From: an uncultured Bacteroidales bacterium
GTDB lineage: Bacteria; Bacteroidota; Bacteroidia; Bacteroidales; JAFGXI01
Assembly: GCA_947311115.1 (NCBI GenBank)
Contig: CAMZKE010000078.1
Span: 33,892 to 97,891 of the forward strand
DNA: 64,000 nt
Direction of reading: 5' to 3'
In this document: piece after piece, positions 17,631 to 27,230 of the stretch
How the letters are laid out: the number at the start of each line of letters is the position of its first letter
How positions within the stretch are numbered: the first letter of the stretch is position 1
Notes under the pieces: generated by a model
Told to the model about the DNA's origin: nothing
Database searches by the model: none
The model's input: the letters and a program-made list of their open reading frames with translations, nothing else
Program-made: the position numbers and the translations under genes

Positions 17631-17632
17631 AC

Positions 17633-18889
17633 ATGTCTAACTTCGATAAAGAACACATTTGGCACCCATATACTTCAATGACCAATCCACTTCCTGTTTT
17701 TGAGGTAGAATCAGCTAAAGGTGTATATATAAATCTAAAAAATGGTATTCGTCTTGTTGATGGTATGTCGTCGTGGTGGGCAGTAATTCATGGTTATAAC
17801 AATGAAGAACTAAATAATGCCGCAAAGCAACAGATTGATAAAATGAGCCACGTAATGTTTGGTGGTTTAACTCATAAGCCGGCAATAGAGCTTGCAAAAA
17901 AGCTCATTAATATAACTCCATCAAACTTACAAAAAGTATTTTATAGCGATTCAGGTTCGGTGGCAGTTGAAGTAGCAGTTAAAATGGCTGTACAATATTG
18001 GCAATCAAAACAAAAGCCCGGTAAAAATAAATTGCTTACAGTAAAATCAGGTTATCATGGCGACACATTTAAAGCTATGTCGGTTTGTGACCCGATAAAC
18101 GGAATGCATCATATTTTTACAGGCTCAATGCCAATAAATTATTTTGCAGAACAGCCAAGGGGTAGATTTAATCAAGAGTGGAATGAAAATGATATATCAT
18201 CATTAAAAAATATTTTAAAAACTGAACACAATAATATTGCTGCAGTAATTATAGAGCCAATAGTGCAAGGAGCAGGAGGGATGTGGTTTTATTCGGCAGA
18301 ATATTTAAATAAACTACGTGCATTATGCGACGAGTATAATGTTTTGTTAATTTTTGATGAAATAGCAACAGGATTTGGGCGTACGGGTGAATTATTTGCA
18401 ACAAATCATACCAATATTCAACCAGATATAATGTGTCTTGGTAAAGCAATTACAGGCGGATATATATCGTTTGCCGCAACTTTAACAACCAAAGATGTTG
18501 CAAATGTAATATCTGATGGCGAAGCAGGTGTATTTATGCACGGACCAACATTTATGGGAAATCCTTTAGCTTGTGCTATTGCCAATAAAAGTATTGAATT
18601 ATTACTATCGTATGATTGGAAATCTAAAATAAAACAAATTGAAGACCAATTGTATAAAGAGTTAATTGAGCTTAAAAATCACCCAAAAGTAAACGATGTT
18701 AGAGTTTTAGGTGCAATTGGCGTTGTGGAAATGAAAGAGTCTGTTAATATGGCTATTTTACAGCAAAAGTTTGTTGATTTAGGTGTTTGGATTCGTCCAT
18801 TTGGAAACCTTATATATTTAATGCCTCAGTATATTATAAAACCTGAAGAGTTATCTAAATTAACATTAGCTATAAAAGAAGTTATTTAG
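17633..18889 (+). CDS. bioA: Adenosylmethionine-8-amino-7-oxononanoate aminotransferase
   Basis: HIWHPYTSM is followed by an aminotransferase class-III core ([52 protein letters not shown] with the PLP lysine). The length is 418 aa. Confidence 0.9.
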   Translation: MSNFDKEHIWHPYTSMTNPLPVFEVESAKGVYINLKNGIRLVDGMSSWWAVIHGYNNEELNNAAKQQIDKMSHVMFGGLTHKPAIELAKKLINITPSNLQKVFYSDSGSVAVEVAVKMAVQYWQSKQKPGKNKLLTVKSGYHGDTFKAMSVCDPINGMHHIFTGSMPINYFAEQPRGRFNQEWNENDISSLKNILKTEHNNIAAVIIEPIVQGAGGMWFYSAEYLNKLRALCDEYNVLLIFDEIATGFGRTGELFATNHTNIQPDIMCLGKAITGGYISFAATLTTKDVANVISDGEAGVFMHGPTFMGNPLACAIANKSIELLLSYDWKSKIKQIEDQLYKELIELKNHPKVNDVRVLGAIGVVEMKESVNMAILQQKFVDLGVWIRPFGNLIYLMPQYIIKPEELSKLTLAIKEVI

Positions 18890-18975
18890 AGGACTTCTAA
18901 TAATTTATTCGTATCAAAAATTAATTTATAGAAGCCCCTTTAGTTGCATATCTTACACTTTATGGCTAAAATAAT

Positions 18976-19137
18976 TTATGAATGTCCTTTTACAACCATC
19001 TTCATTATTTTGTAATTTAGTACAAAAAACTTGTACAGTTGATATATAAAACAACTTCGCCAAAACTTTGTTGTACGTGTTGGCATTGGAGGATAGTATT
19101 CGTCTTTATAATTATGTACTTTATTATTTGGTTTCAT
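18976..19137 (-). CDS. Possible small ORF (53 aa) downstream of the SQR-like gene
   Basis: My own translation gives MKPNNKVHNYKDEYYPPMPTRTTKFWRSCFIYQLYKFFVLNYKIMKMVVKGHS. The ATG lies 41 nt after the SQR stop. There is one hydrophobic stretch and no family I recognise. It is below the ORF-track length cutoff. Confidence 0.2.
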   Translation of the reverse strand: MKPNNKVHNYKDEYYPPMPTRTTKFWRSCFIYQLYKFFVLNYKIMKMVVKGHS

Positions 19138-19177
19138 TTTTATAAATTTTATAGTTAATAATTTGTTTTATTTGTTT

Positions 19178-20635
19178 TTACTCAGGTAATAACCACCAAA
19201 ACGGGTATCCTTTAGCTTTATGAAGAAACATATAATGAAGCAAGAGTTTTATCCAGTGTCCTGCTAAACCAACTTCGCCAACAGTTGCATTAATATCTCG
19301 TCCCCATTCCGGATATTTGTCCCAATCCGGTACAATTGGTGAAACAGTCATTGTAGCTGCTTTCCCATGACGTATTCCATAACCGGCAGAAACAATACAA
19401 GCTGCAGCCATTCTGCTCATACTTGCTTTGTGTTTATGTTCGGTTGCTCCGTTTTTTATAAAATTAGCTATATTTTGAGCTATTACTTTACCAATTACTC
19501 CTGATGGCATTCCTGTACGAGGAGGAGCAGGGAACATAGGAGTTCCATTAGCTGTTTTCATTGGTTTACTCATTGAGTGAGGAGGTGCAAAAGCAATACC
19601 AGCAGCGTAAATATTTTTATATTCAGGATTTTGATATGTTTCAGGCCAATCCTTTGCTGACCAATCTTCAAAATCTTTTGGAGTATAATCTGCATCAACG
19701 GTCATAAAACCATTGGGTTTAAACAGTTTCTCGGTAATATCATTACCATCTTTACCAAAAGCTTTTATACCTGCACCTGCAAAGCCCGGAATTAGCATTG
19801 CAAAATCAAATTCTTGAGTTTTATATTCGCCGGCAAGCGTTTCGAAATGAGCTATGCCTTTTTCTATTTTATTTACACCTGCTCTTTTTATCCAACGAAT
19901 ACCGTATTCTGCTAATATTGATTCTGCAAAAACCTTAGTAGGAGTTACGTATCCGCCTCGTTTTACAAAGGCTCCACCCATACCGAAATCGCCAAGTTCG
20001 TATTCATTTGTTATCCAAATAATATCGGCAAGATGTTCTAATTTTCGTTTTTTAACTTCAAAAGCTACATTTAATGCATATTCAAAGGCTGCTCCTTGAC
20101 AGGTAGCCATTGCATGTCCGGTTCCAATTAAAAATGTTTGATGCTTTCCTTGTTCCATTAATGCTAAGGACTTTTGCAATTCTTCCCATGCATGTGCAGC
20201 GTGGTCGTATGCACAAACAGAAACGGTATGTCCTTTTGGTCCTAATCCTGGAGTGGCTTCAAAATTTAATTTAGGACCGGTTGCGTTTACTAAATAGTCG
20301 TAATCAACTTTTTCTTGTTGCCCTTGTTTATCACCTACAACATACTCAACAGTTACAAAACCTTTAGATATTTCGCTATTTCCTTCGGGATTTATAGAAA
20401 TAGCTTTTGCTTGTTTATATATAACACTCCATTTTTTATATACTTTGTCTAATTTAAAACGAACCTGATCTACAGTCATTTGTCCAATCCCAACCCATAT
20501 ATTTGAAGGAACCCACTGATAATAACTATTTGGCGATATCATTACAACTTCATGCTTTTTCCCTAATTTCTTTTTTAAAAAAGCTACTGCTGTATGCCCC
20601 GATACACCTGCTCCAAGAACTACTACTTTTGCCAT
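19178..20635 (-). CDS. FAD-dependent pyridine nucleotide-disulfide oxidoreductase, sulfide:quinone oxidoreductase (SQR)-like
   Basis: The N-terminal Rossmann motif is KVVVLGAGVSGHTAV. There is a second dinucleotide fold (FLIGTGHAMATCQGAAFEYA, containing a conserved Cys). The overall length (485 aa) and layout resemble SQR-family flavoproteins. Confidence 0.65.
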   Translation of the reverse strand: MAKVVVLGAGVSGHTAVAFLKKKLGKKHEVVMISPNSYYQWVPSNIWVGIGQMTVDQVRFKLDKVYKKWSVIYKQAKAISINPEGNSEISKGFVTVEYVVGDKQGQQEKVDYDYLVNATGPKLNFEATPGLGPKGHTVSVCAYDHAAHAWEELQKSLALMEQGKHQTFLIGTGHAMATCQGAAFEYALNVAFEVKKRKLEHLADIIWITNEYELGDFGMGGAFVKRGGYVTPTKVFAESILAEYGIRWIKRAGVNKIEKGIAHFETLAGEYKTQEFDFAMLIPGFAGAGIKAFGKDGNDITEKLFKPNGFMTVDADYTPKDFEDWSAKDWPETYQNPEYKNIYAAGIAFAPPHSMSKPMKTANGTPMFPAPPRTGMPSGVIGKVIAQNIANFIKNGATEHKHKASMSRMAAACIVSAGYGIRHGKAATMTVSPIVPDWDKYPEWGRDINATVGEVGLAGHWIKLLLHYMFLHKAKGYPFWWLLPE

Positions 20636-20866
20636 AATAAGTTTTTATTTAGTTTATCTTATCAAAGTATTTAAATACTTTAATGCGAAGATATTTAAAA
20701 TTATTCTAAATAACAAATGCTATGGGGGTAAATTTATATTTAATCTATTAGTCACAAACTAACGAGTTGATTTATTAATTGATAGAATTTATAGTGATAA
20801 TATAAAAACGGTAAAAGTAAAAGACTAAAATAAGCTTTGTTAAATTAACTAGAATCATGTTGAGTA

Positions 20867-23035
20867 TTACTCAGCATGATTCTTTTTTATAACATTATCA
20901 TAAATATTCCAAGCCTTTTGTTTTTTCTTATATTCTTGTCCTAATATCCATTGTTTATAAATACGGTCAAATGTGCCATCTTGTTTTCTGAAATCAATCC
21001 AATTATCGATGTATCGTTTCCAAACATTATCGGTTAATAATGGGAATACCAGATTGTTATTAATATGGTATGGTAATGGGTTTACTACCTTGTAATTAGG
21101 TTTGAACACAGTTATTGCAGCAGCACGTTCTGCACTAGTTAAATGAGCATCAATTTTAATTGTATCAAGATTTTCTCTGTAAAAAAACTCTTGTATATTT
21201 CTTACTTTATAATAACCTCCATTAGGTAAATACGATAAAAATTCTTTCGCAATTTCTGTTCTTTCAATATATGATATTGTAAAAGTATCAAGTTTACTTG
21301 CTTCTTCAAAGTTATTGAAATTATTGTTGTCTTTTGCAACAAGAAGAGCAAGAGAAACTCCTAAATATGGTTTTGAAAGTTCAATTTCTTCGGCATATTT
21401 ACTCGAAGTAAAAATATCAGACATTACAATATCGAAATAATCGTGTTTTAAACCTTGAATTAATTCGCCTTTGTTAATCGGGACAAAATCAATATTAACT
21501 CCTAAATCGTTAGCAAGTTGAAAAGCTAAATCAATTCCATAGCCGACTAATACGGAATCTTTGTTGAAAAAACTAAAAGGCATAGCGTTTTTATAGAATC
21601 CTATTCTAATTGTTCCGCATCGTTTTATTCGACTTAATACGTTCTCTTTTTTCCATAAGAATTTAGGATTTCTACTTGCTTTTTCTAAAACTCTATACTC
21701 AGTTTGTTTGCTAATTATTTTAAAGCTATTGAACATTTCTTCGTTTGATGGAATGGATGACATACTGTTGTTTAATAATGCTTTCATTCCAAAAATAGAA
21801 ACAAAACTTGTTACAGATATTATTATTACACCTTCAATAAATTTTCGTTTTTTAAATTTTAAAAAACCACCGCTGGCTGAAATTGTAAGCAATGTTAGAG
21901 TTATTAAGTGAAATGCACCTAAAACAACTCTAATTCTATCGGTTAAAACTGTAGAAACAACAAATAACTCGAATGTTTCTTTTGGTATATCTAATAAATC
22001 TAAGCTAAAGGGTAAACCTGTAATTGGTGCAACAAAACTACTTAGTAATGTAGAGCTTAGAAATAAAGGGTAATCGCCATTTGTTAATGTATGACCTGTG
22101 TACCATGCTGCAAATGGAACAAAAATAAAAATTAGTAATGTTCCTAAATTTGGAAAAGGGTAGGCAAGAGGTAATAAAATATCTACTTCGTTTTTTGCTT
22201 GTTCCGATTTGTGTTCTTCCGATTCAATAATTTGTTTAATATTTTCTATTAACTGTGGAAAAACAACTATTATTTTACCTGTTGCAAAAATTGTAATTAA
22301 TGTAGAATATGTTATTTTAAAAACAGTTTTAGCAGAGTATGGTGTGAAAATTGAAATTAAATAAGGTAAAACAATAAATGTTAGAATTATTACTGCTAAT
22401 AAATAAACAAGTAGATAGCCTTGCAGTCGGCTTAAGTCAGACCAACTAAGTTTACTTACAACTCCTGTGGCAATGCTAAAAACACCAATAGGAGTAATCT
22501 TTACAATCATTTTATTTATTTGATTTAAACCAGATGTCATTACATCAAGTGGTTTAAGTAATATTTCTTTATTTGGTAATTTCATTAAACCTAAACCAAC
22601 AAAAATACTGAATAGAACTACTGCCGGAACTATGTTGTTACTAAGCGAGAAAAAAGGATTTGCAGGTATATATAGTTTTACAAAATCGAAGGGTATTTGT
22701 TGTTGTACAAAATCGCTACTGTAGAAACTGCCTGAACCCCAATCGGGGAAAGCAAAAGGTAATATTGTTAAAAATAATAATCCAATTGCTATTAGTAACG
22801 CCAAAAATATTAAACCCGATTTAATTAGTTTTTTCCCCGTATCAAATGATAAGCGACCAATGTTTACCATTAACGAAAACATAATATAAGGTAGAACGGT
22901 CATTTGTAATAAGCCTATAAAAACATTGCCTATTACCGAGAACCAACCAACTCTTTCGCCTAAAAGCAACCCAAAAAATATTCCTGTAAATACTCCAATA
23001 AGTACTTTTGTTGATAATGATATTTTTTTAGTCAT
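20867..23035 (-). CDS. Fusion protein: dicarboxylate/amino acid:cation symporter (DAACS) domain plus a C-terminal family-3 solute-binding domain
   Basis: The N-terminal roughly 400 aa are polytopic and DAACS-like (VLIGVFTGIFFGLLLG, LQMTVLPYIMFSLM, ITPIGVFSIATGV). After an extra TM segment, the C-terminal roughly 255 aa (about 20870-21643) resemble SBP_bac_3 (IRIGFYKNAMPFSFFNKD..LVGYGIDLAFQLANDLGV...FDIVMSDI...SKPY). Confidence 0.7.
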   Translation of the reverse strand: MTKKISLSTKVLIGVFTGIFFGLLLGERVGWFSVIGNVFIGLLQMTVLPYIMFSLMVNIGRLSFDTGKKLIKSGLIFLALLIAIGLLFLTILPFAFPDWGSGSFYSSDFVQQQIPFDFVKLYIPANPFFSLSNNIVPAVVLFSIFVGLGLMKLPNKEILLKPLDVMTSGLNQINKMIVKITPIGVFSIATGVVSKLSWSDLSRLQGYLLVYLLAVIILTFIVLPYLISIFTPYSAKTVFKITYSTLITIFATGKIIVVFPQLIENIKQIIESEEHKSEQAKNEVDILLPLAYPFPNLGTLLIFIFVPFAAWYTGHTLTNGDYPLFLSSTLLSSFVAPITGLPFSLDLLDIPKETFELFVVSTVLTDRIRVVLGAFHLITLTLLTISASGGFLKFKKRKFIEGVIIISVTSFVSIFGMKALLNNSMSSIPSNEEMFNSFKIISKQTEYRVLEKASRNPKFLWKKENVLSRIKRCGTIRIGFYKNAMPFSFFNKDSVLVGYGIDLAFQLANDLGVNIDFVPINKGELIQGLKHDYFDIVMSDIFTSSKYAEEIELSKPYLGVSLALLVAKDNNNFNNFEEASKLDTFTISYIERTEIAKEFLSYLPNGGYYKVRNIQEFFYRENLDTIKIDAHLTSAERAAAITVFKPNYKVVNPLPYHINNNLVFPLLTDNVWKRYIDNWIDFRKQDGTFDRIYKQWILGQEYKKKQKAWNIYDNVIKKNHAE

Positions 23036-23051
23036 ATATTATTATTTAGTA

Positions 23052-24206
23052 TTACTTATTGATAACAATTTTCTTTTTTATTTCAAAATTATCATCGCCA
23101 AACTCTATAATTACCATACCTTCATAATTTTGGGGTAATTGTATTTGAAAAGTTTTACTGTTGTATCCATCTTCTAAAATTAATTGTCCTTTAAGGTTAT
23201 ATACCGAGAAATATTCAATATCTCTTGAGCTGTTAACGTAAACAATATTTCCTTTTGAGTACAAATTAATATCGTTTTCTTTAACAATATTATTTATCGA
23301 TAATTGAATTCCATCGCAAAGTTCATCTAAGTCGCGTACACAAACATAAGGTATAAACCCATTATTTGCGGCTACATTCACATATTGGTCAATTTTTGTT
23401 TGGTCTGATAAATAATCAATAGAAAAAACTTTTTTTCCGGCGTTTAAGTAATCACCTAAAATAGCAATTCTTTCATTATCAGGATTATAATCGTTATCCA
23501 TATCTAAGTCGCCGGGAAAGAAAACATCTTCAACTCCAATAGCATCAATAGCCGAAAAATATTTTGCTCGTAATGCCGCAGAGCCATTAGTATCATCAAT
23601 TACATAAGCACCATTTTGTGGTATTATATAAAATGTATTTGATGTTTCGTTATCAATATGTTGTCTTAATTTATAAACAAAATCAACCATAAGTGTATCG
23701 GCAAACGGTTCTCTGTCTGATATAGGAGCTTCTTCAGTCCAATAATAATAACCGTCAATTATATCAAGATAAATCCCATCAAAACCTTGAGAAATAATTG
23801 TATCAACATAATCGAATACTATTTGTTGCCATTCAGGATACCAATATTTTACTTCAAAATTACCAGCCCAATCCGGATTTTCAGCACCAAGCCAAGCAGG
23901 TGGATTTGTTCCCCAATCAGATTGCCAATAATAGCGATAATCTTCGGCTTCACCTATTGAAATATAGCAAATTGCAAGTTTTCCGCTATCTTTTATTTGC
24001 TGTATTTGAGCAGATGTAAATTTTTCTATATCAGTACCATCTTGCGAGTAGTCCATAACAATTAAATCGAAAGTGTTGTTTGCTGCAACTGACGGGATAT
24101 TAATGTTTTGCAGTTGGTATGCCCAAGTATTTACATTTGATAAATTTTGAGCAAAACCTGCTACTGAAATAATTTGCACTATTAGTGCCAAAATTGTTGT
24201 TCTCAT
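23052..24206 (-). CDS. Secreted GH114/TM1410-family putative glycoside hydrolase (endo-alpha-1,4-polygalactosaminidase-like) with a T9SS C-terminal sorting domain
   Basis: A signal peptide is present. The TIM-barrel-like motifs are WAYQLQN, DLIVMDYS, ICYISIGEAEDYRYYW and GFDGIYLDIID. The C-terminal roughly 80 aa (YSKGNIVYV...FSVYNLKGQLIL...IKKKIVINK) look like a Por secretion tail. Confidence 0.6.
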   Translation of the reverse strand: MRTTILALIVQIISVAGFAQNLSNVNTWAYQLQNINIPSVAANNTFDLIVMDYSQDGTDIEKFTSAQIQQIKDSGKLAICYISIGEAEDYRYYWQSDWGTNPPAWLGAENPDWAGNFEVKYWYPEWQQIVFDYVDTIISQGFDGIYLDIIDGYYYWTEEAPISDREPFADTLMVDFVYKLRQHIDNETSNTFYIIPQNGAYVIDDTNGSAALRAKYFSAIDAIGVEDVFFPGDLDMDNDYNPDNERIAILGDYLNAGKKVFSIDYLSDQTKIDQYVNVAANNGFIPYVCVRDLDELCDGIQLSINNIVKENDINLYSKGNIVYVNSSRDIEYFSVYNLKGQLILEDGYNSKTFQIQLPQNYEGMVIIEFGDDNFEIKKKIVINK

Positions 24207-24217
24207 AATAAATAAAT

Positions 24218-25663
24218 TTATAAATTGTTTTGTGTAATGTTTTGTTCTCTATGTTCTAAAAATAATTCAACATCGTATTTGTTGTTTAAATAATTAAATA
24301 AATGCTCAGCAGAATATACCGAACGATGTTGTCCGCCGGTACATCCAAAGTTAAATGTTAAATAATCGAATTTACGGTCAATATATTTTTTCACGTGCTT
24401 ATCAGCCAAAGAATACACATTATTAATAAAATCAGTCATTTCTTCTTCTTTATCAAGAAACTCTATTACCGGTTTATCCATACCTGTAAGTTTTTTATAT
24501 TTGTCGTACCTTCCCGGATTATGAATTCCTCTACAATCAAAAATATAACCTCCGCCATGTTCTGTTGAATCAATAGGTAAGCCTTTTTTATACGAGAAGC
24601 TGGATATTCTTATTTGTAGTTTATTCGATTTTATTAGCTCTCCATATTTTTGTAATTCTGTATTGTTTAAAATACTGTTTATTACCTTATTTAACTCAGG
24701 TAATTCAAGTAAATATTTAAACTTATTTGTTAATTGTTTTAGGTTAATTAATGCAAACGGAATACTGTTTAAGAAATATAATTTACGTTCGTAAAATCCT
24801 CTAAAACCGTAAGCACCCATGGCCTGTAATATTCTTATTAGTGCGTATCCATAAAAGTAACTTTCAAATTTTATTTCATCAACATTAAGTCTCTTTTTAA
24901 GCTCATTTATATAATAATTATAAAGCTCGTCTCTAAACCTTAACGGTAAATTTGCTTTCGAGTTAAATAGGATAGAAGCAAGGTCGTATTGTAATGCTCC
25001 TTTTCGTCCCCCTTGATAATCTATAAAATATACATCTTCATCTTTAATCATAATATTTCGTGCTTGAAAATCGCGAAACATAAAGAAGTTTGTGTCGGTA
25101 GTTAATAAATAATCTGATAGCTTATTAAAATCGTCTTCTAAAAGTTGTTCGTCAAAAGGTATTTTAGCAAGTTTTAAAAAATAATATTTAAAATAGCTTA
25201 AATCCCATATCATAGATTGTTTATCAAAACTTTGGCGAGGATAACAATATTTGTAATTAATATTTTTAGCGAGTTGTAACTCTATCAATTGAGATAAAGA
25301 CCTTTTGTAATATTCAGCAATTTTATCAGGAATATTTTCTGTTTTTCGCTCTTGCAAAAGAATATCTAAAAGTGTAGTATTTCCTAAATCTTCTAACAAA
25401 TACACTTTATTTTTTAAATCTTCAGCAATAATTTTAGGAACTTTAATATTGTTTTTTAAAAACGATTTTGTAAACTCAATAAATGCAATATTTTCTTTGT
25501 CGTCGAAATTGTATGCACCTATACAGGTTTTATTATTATCGTAAAAAATGCGAAAATATACTCTGTCGGAGCCTGATAAAGCTAGTTGAACTATTTTATC
25601 GGGAGAAATATTAAATGTGTTAGAAAACAGATTAAGTATGTTTTTTTCTTTTAAATTTTTCAA
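24218..25663 (-). CDS. Fusion protein: AmgK-like (APH-fold) sugar/aminoglycoside-type kinase domain plus a RapZ C-terminal-like domain
   Basis: The N-terminal part has SGSDRVYFRI, FRDFQARNIMI and FIDYQGGRKGALQYDLASIL, which is the APH/AmgK-type catalytic loop and DxQ motif. The C-terminal roughly 120 aa (about 24254-24619) carry FSYKKGLP...GGYIFDCRGIHNPGR...LTGMD..V..FL...YLTFNFGCTGGQHRSVY, matching the conserved C-terminal domain of RapZ/YvcJ. The apparent start codon is TTG. Confidence 0.7.
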   Translation of the reverse strand: MKNLKEKNILNLFSNTFNISPDKIVQLALSGSDRVYFRIFYDNNKTCIGAYNFDDKENIAFIEFTKSFLKNNIKVPKIIAEDLKNKVYLLEDLGNTTLLDILLQERKTENIPDKIAEYYKRSLSQLIELQLAKNINYKYCYPRQSFDKQSMIWDLSYFKYYFLKLAKIPFDEQLLEDDFNKLSDYLLTTDTNFFMFRDFQARNIMIKDEDVYFIDYQGGRKGALQYDLASILFNSKANLPLRFRDELYNYYINELKKRLNVDEIKFESYFYGYALIRILQAMGAYGFRGFYERKLYFLNSIPFALINLKQLTNKFKYLLELPELNKVINSILNNTELQKYGELIKSNKLQIRISSFSYKKGLPIDSTEHGGGYIFDCRGIHNPGRYDKYKKLTGMDKPVIEFLDKEEEMTDFINNVYSLADKHVKKYIDRKFDYLTFNFGCTGGQHRSVYSAEHLFNYLNNKYDVELFLEHREQNITQNNL

Positions 25664-25804
25664 ATTATAAATGTTAAAAGGTTAATAAAACTAAAAGTTT
25701 ATAAGTTTTAAAGTAATATTTTAAAAAATAAAATATTTACTCTTTACTTTGCAATTACAATCAGTAAATATAAAATAATAATTAATATAATTAAAATAAA
25801 AAAT

Positions 25805-26119
25805 ATGTCAGTATTAATGAATTTAGCAATGTTTCCTACCGATAAAGGAACAAGCGTAAGTAGTGAGGTAAGTAAGGTGATAAAAATGATTAGTGAAAGT
25901 GGAGCTGATTACAAACTTTCGGCAATGAGTACCGTTGTTGAAACTGAAACAATGGAAGAAGCTTTAAAAATTGTACAAAAAGCTTACGATATTTTAAATC
26001 CAAATTCCGATAGAATTTATTCTGCAATAACTTTTGATATTCAGAATAACAAAAAAGGCAGTCGAATAAAATCTAAGATTGCCTCTGTAGAAAATAAAAT
26101 TGGAATAGTAAATAAGTAG
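25805..26119 (+). CDS. MTH1187/YkoF-family (UPF0045) small thiamine-binding-like protein
   Basis: This 104-aa protein has LAMFPTDKGTSVSSEVSKVIKMISESG..YKLSAMSTVVE, typical of MTH1187-family proteins. Confidence 0.65.
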   Translation: MSVLMNLAMFPTDKGTSVSSEVSKVIKMISESGADYKLSAMSTVVETETMEEALKIVQKAYDILNPNSDRIYSAITFDIQNNKKGSRIKSKIASVENKIGIVNK

Positions 26120-26173
26120 TCAAATAACATAATTATCAATGATAAAAATCATTTAGATATTTATCAATAATTG

Positions 26174-26181
26174 TAACTTTG
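26174..26181 (+). promoter_or_regulatory. Candidate -7 promoter motif (TAACTTTG) for pta
   Basis: Matches TAnnTTTG, 22 nt upstream of ATG 26203. Confidence 0.4.
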
Positions 26182-26202
26182 TGATAATAAAAAATAAATA
26201 AA

Positions 26203-27207
26203 ATGTCATTATTAGAAACTATTAAGGCAAATGCAAAACAATTAAACAAACGAATTGTTTTACCCGAAGGATTAGAAGAAAGAACCCTTAAAGCAGCAAA
26301 CGAAATAATAGCAGATGGAATTGCTGATATTATTTTAATTGGAAATCCTGAGCAAGTAAAAAGTAAAGCTTCTGAATTAGGATTAATAAACATTGAGAAA
26401 GCAGCTATTGTAAATCCAATTAAGCACGATAAAAAAGATGCTTATGCCGATTTAATGGTTGAACTACGAAAAAGTAAAGGCTTATCTAAAGACGAAGCTC
26501 TTAAATTATTAGAAAACCCTCTTTATTTAGCTACCTTAATGATAAAAGCAGGTGATGCTGACGGTGAGGTTGCCGGAGCTGAAAACGCAACTGGCGATGT
26601 GCTTCGTCCGGCATTTCAGTATGTAAAAACTTTACCTGGTATTTCAGTTGTATCAGGGGCATTTATAATGATTTTACCGGAAAAAGAATATGGCGAAAAC
26701 GGAATGTTAGTATTTGCCGATTGTGCTGTTCACCCTGACCCTGACGCAAAACAACTTGCCGAAATAGCTGTGGCTACAGCAAAAACAACTAAAGCAATTA
26801 CAGGAATGGAGTCAAAAGTTGCATTGCTAAGTTTTTCAACTAAAGGAAGTGCAAAACATGCAATGGTTGATAAGGTTGTAGAAGCAACAAAGCTGGCACA
26901 AGAAGCTGCTCCAGAATTTGATTTTGATGGCGATTTACAAGCTGATGCAGCAATAGTTGAAGCTGTGGGTAAAAAGAAAGCTCCTGATAGTAAAATTGCA
27001 GGAAAAGCTAATGTGTTGGTCTTCCCTGATTTACAGTCTGGAAATATATCGTATAAATTAGTGCAACGTATGGCTCATGCAGAAGCTATTGGTCCTGTTT
27101 TACAAGGAATGGCAGCACCAATAAATGATTTATCTAGAGGTTGTTCGGTTAGCGATATAGTTAATTTAGTTGCTATTACAGCAAATCAAGCATCAGGTAA
27201 TATGTAA
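26203..27207 (+). CDS. pta: Phosphate acetyltransferase (short form)
   Basis: At 334 aa, it has IVLPEG.EERTLKAA, a DAAIV-type segment, LVFPDLQSGNISYKLVQR and PINDLSRG, a PTA_PTB family signature with Pta-like spacing. Confidence 0.85.
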   Translation: MSLLETIKANAKQLNKRIVLPEGLEERTLKAANEIIADGIADIILIGNPEQVKSKASELGLINIEKAAIVNPIKHDKKDAYADLMVELRKSKGLSKDEALKLLENPLYLATLMIKAGDADGEVAGAENATGDVLRPAFQYVKTLPGISVVSGAFIMILPEKEYGENGMLVFADCAVHPDPDAKQLAEIAVATAKTTKAITGMESKVALLSFSTKGSAKHAMVDKVVEATKLAQEAAPEFDFDGDLQADAAIVEAVGKKKAPDSKIAGKANVLVFPDLQSGNISYKLVQRMAHAEAIGPVLQGMAAPINDLSRGCSVSDIVNLVAITANQASGNM

Positions 27208-27230
27208 TTAATAATTAAAAAATAATTAAA

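Noticed and set aside
17462-17685. Two overlapping minus-strand ORFs (67 and 70 aa) with periodic [16 protein letters not shown] peptides
   Set aside because: They are simply translations of the octanucleotide array, whose 8-nt period gives a 24-nt (8-aa) periodic peptide. They overlap the bioA start, and nothing supports them as coding.
18890-18950. An imperfect hairpin (GGACTTCTA ... TAGAAGCCC) after bioA, considered as a possible terminator
   Set aside because: The stem has a mismatch, the loop is about 28 nt, and no T-run follows. This is not convincing as an intrinsic terminator.
20851-20883. A long hairpin (AGAATCATG..TGAGT ATT ACTCA..CATGATTCT) overlapping the stop codon of the DAACS-SBP gene, considered as a possible terminator
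   Set aside because: The T-run follows the hairpin only on the + strand, where no gene ends. On the minus strand, which is the gene's strand, no U-tract follows. The terminator assignment is therefore ambiguous.
26136-26393. An 85-aa minus-strand ORF overlapping the pta start
   Set aside because: It overlaps the strongly supported pta N-terminus and its promoter motif, and it has no recognisable features.
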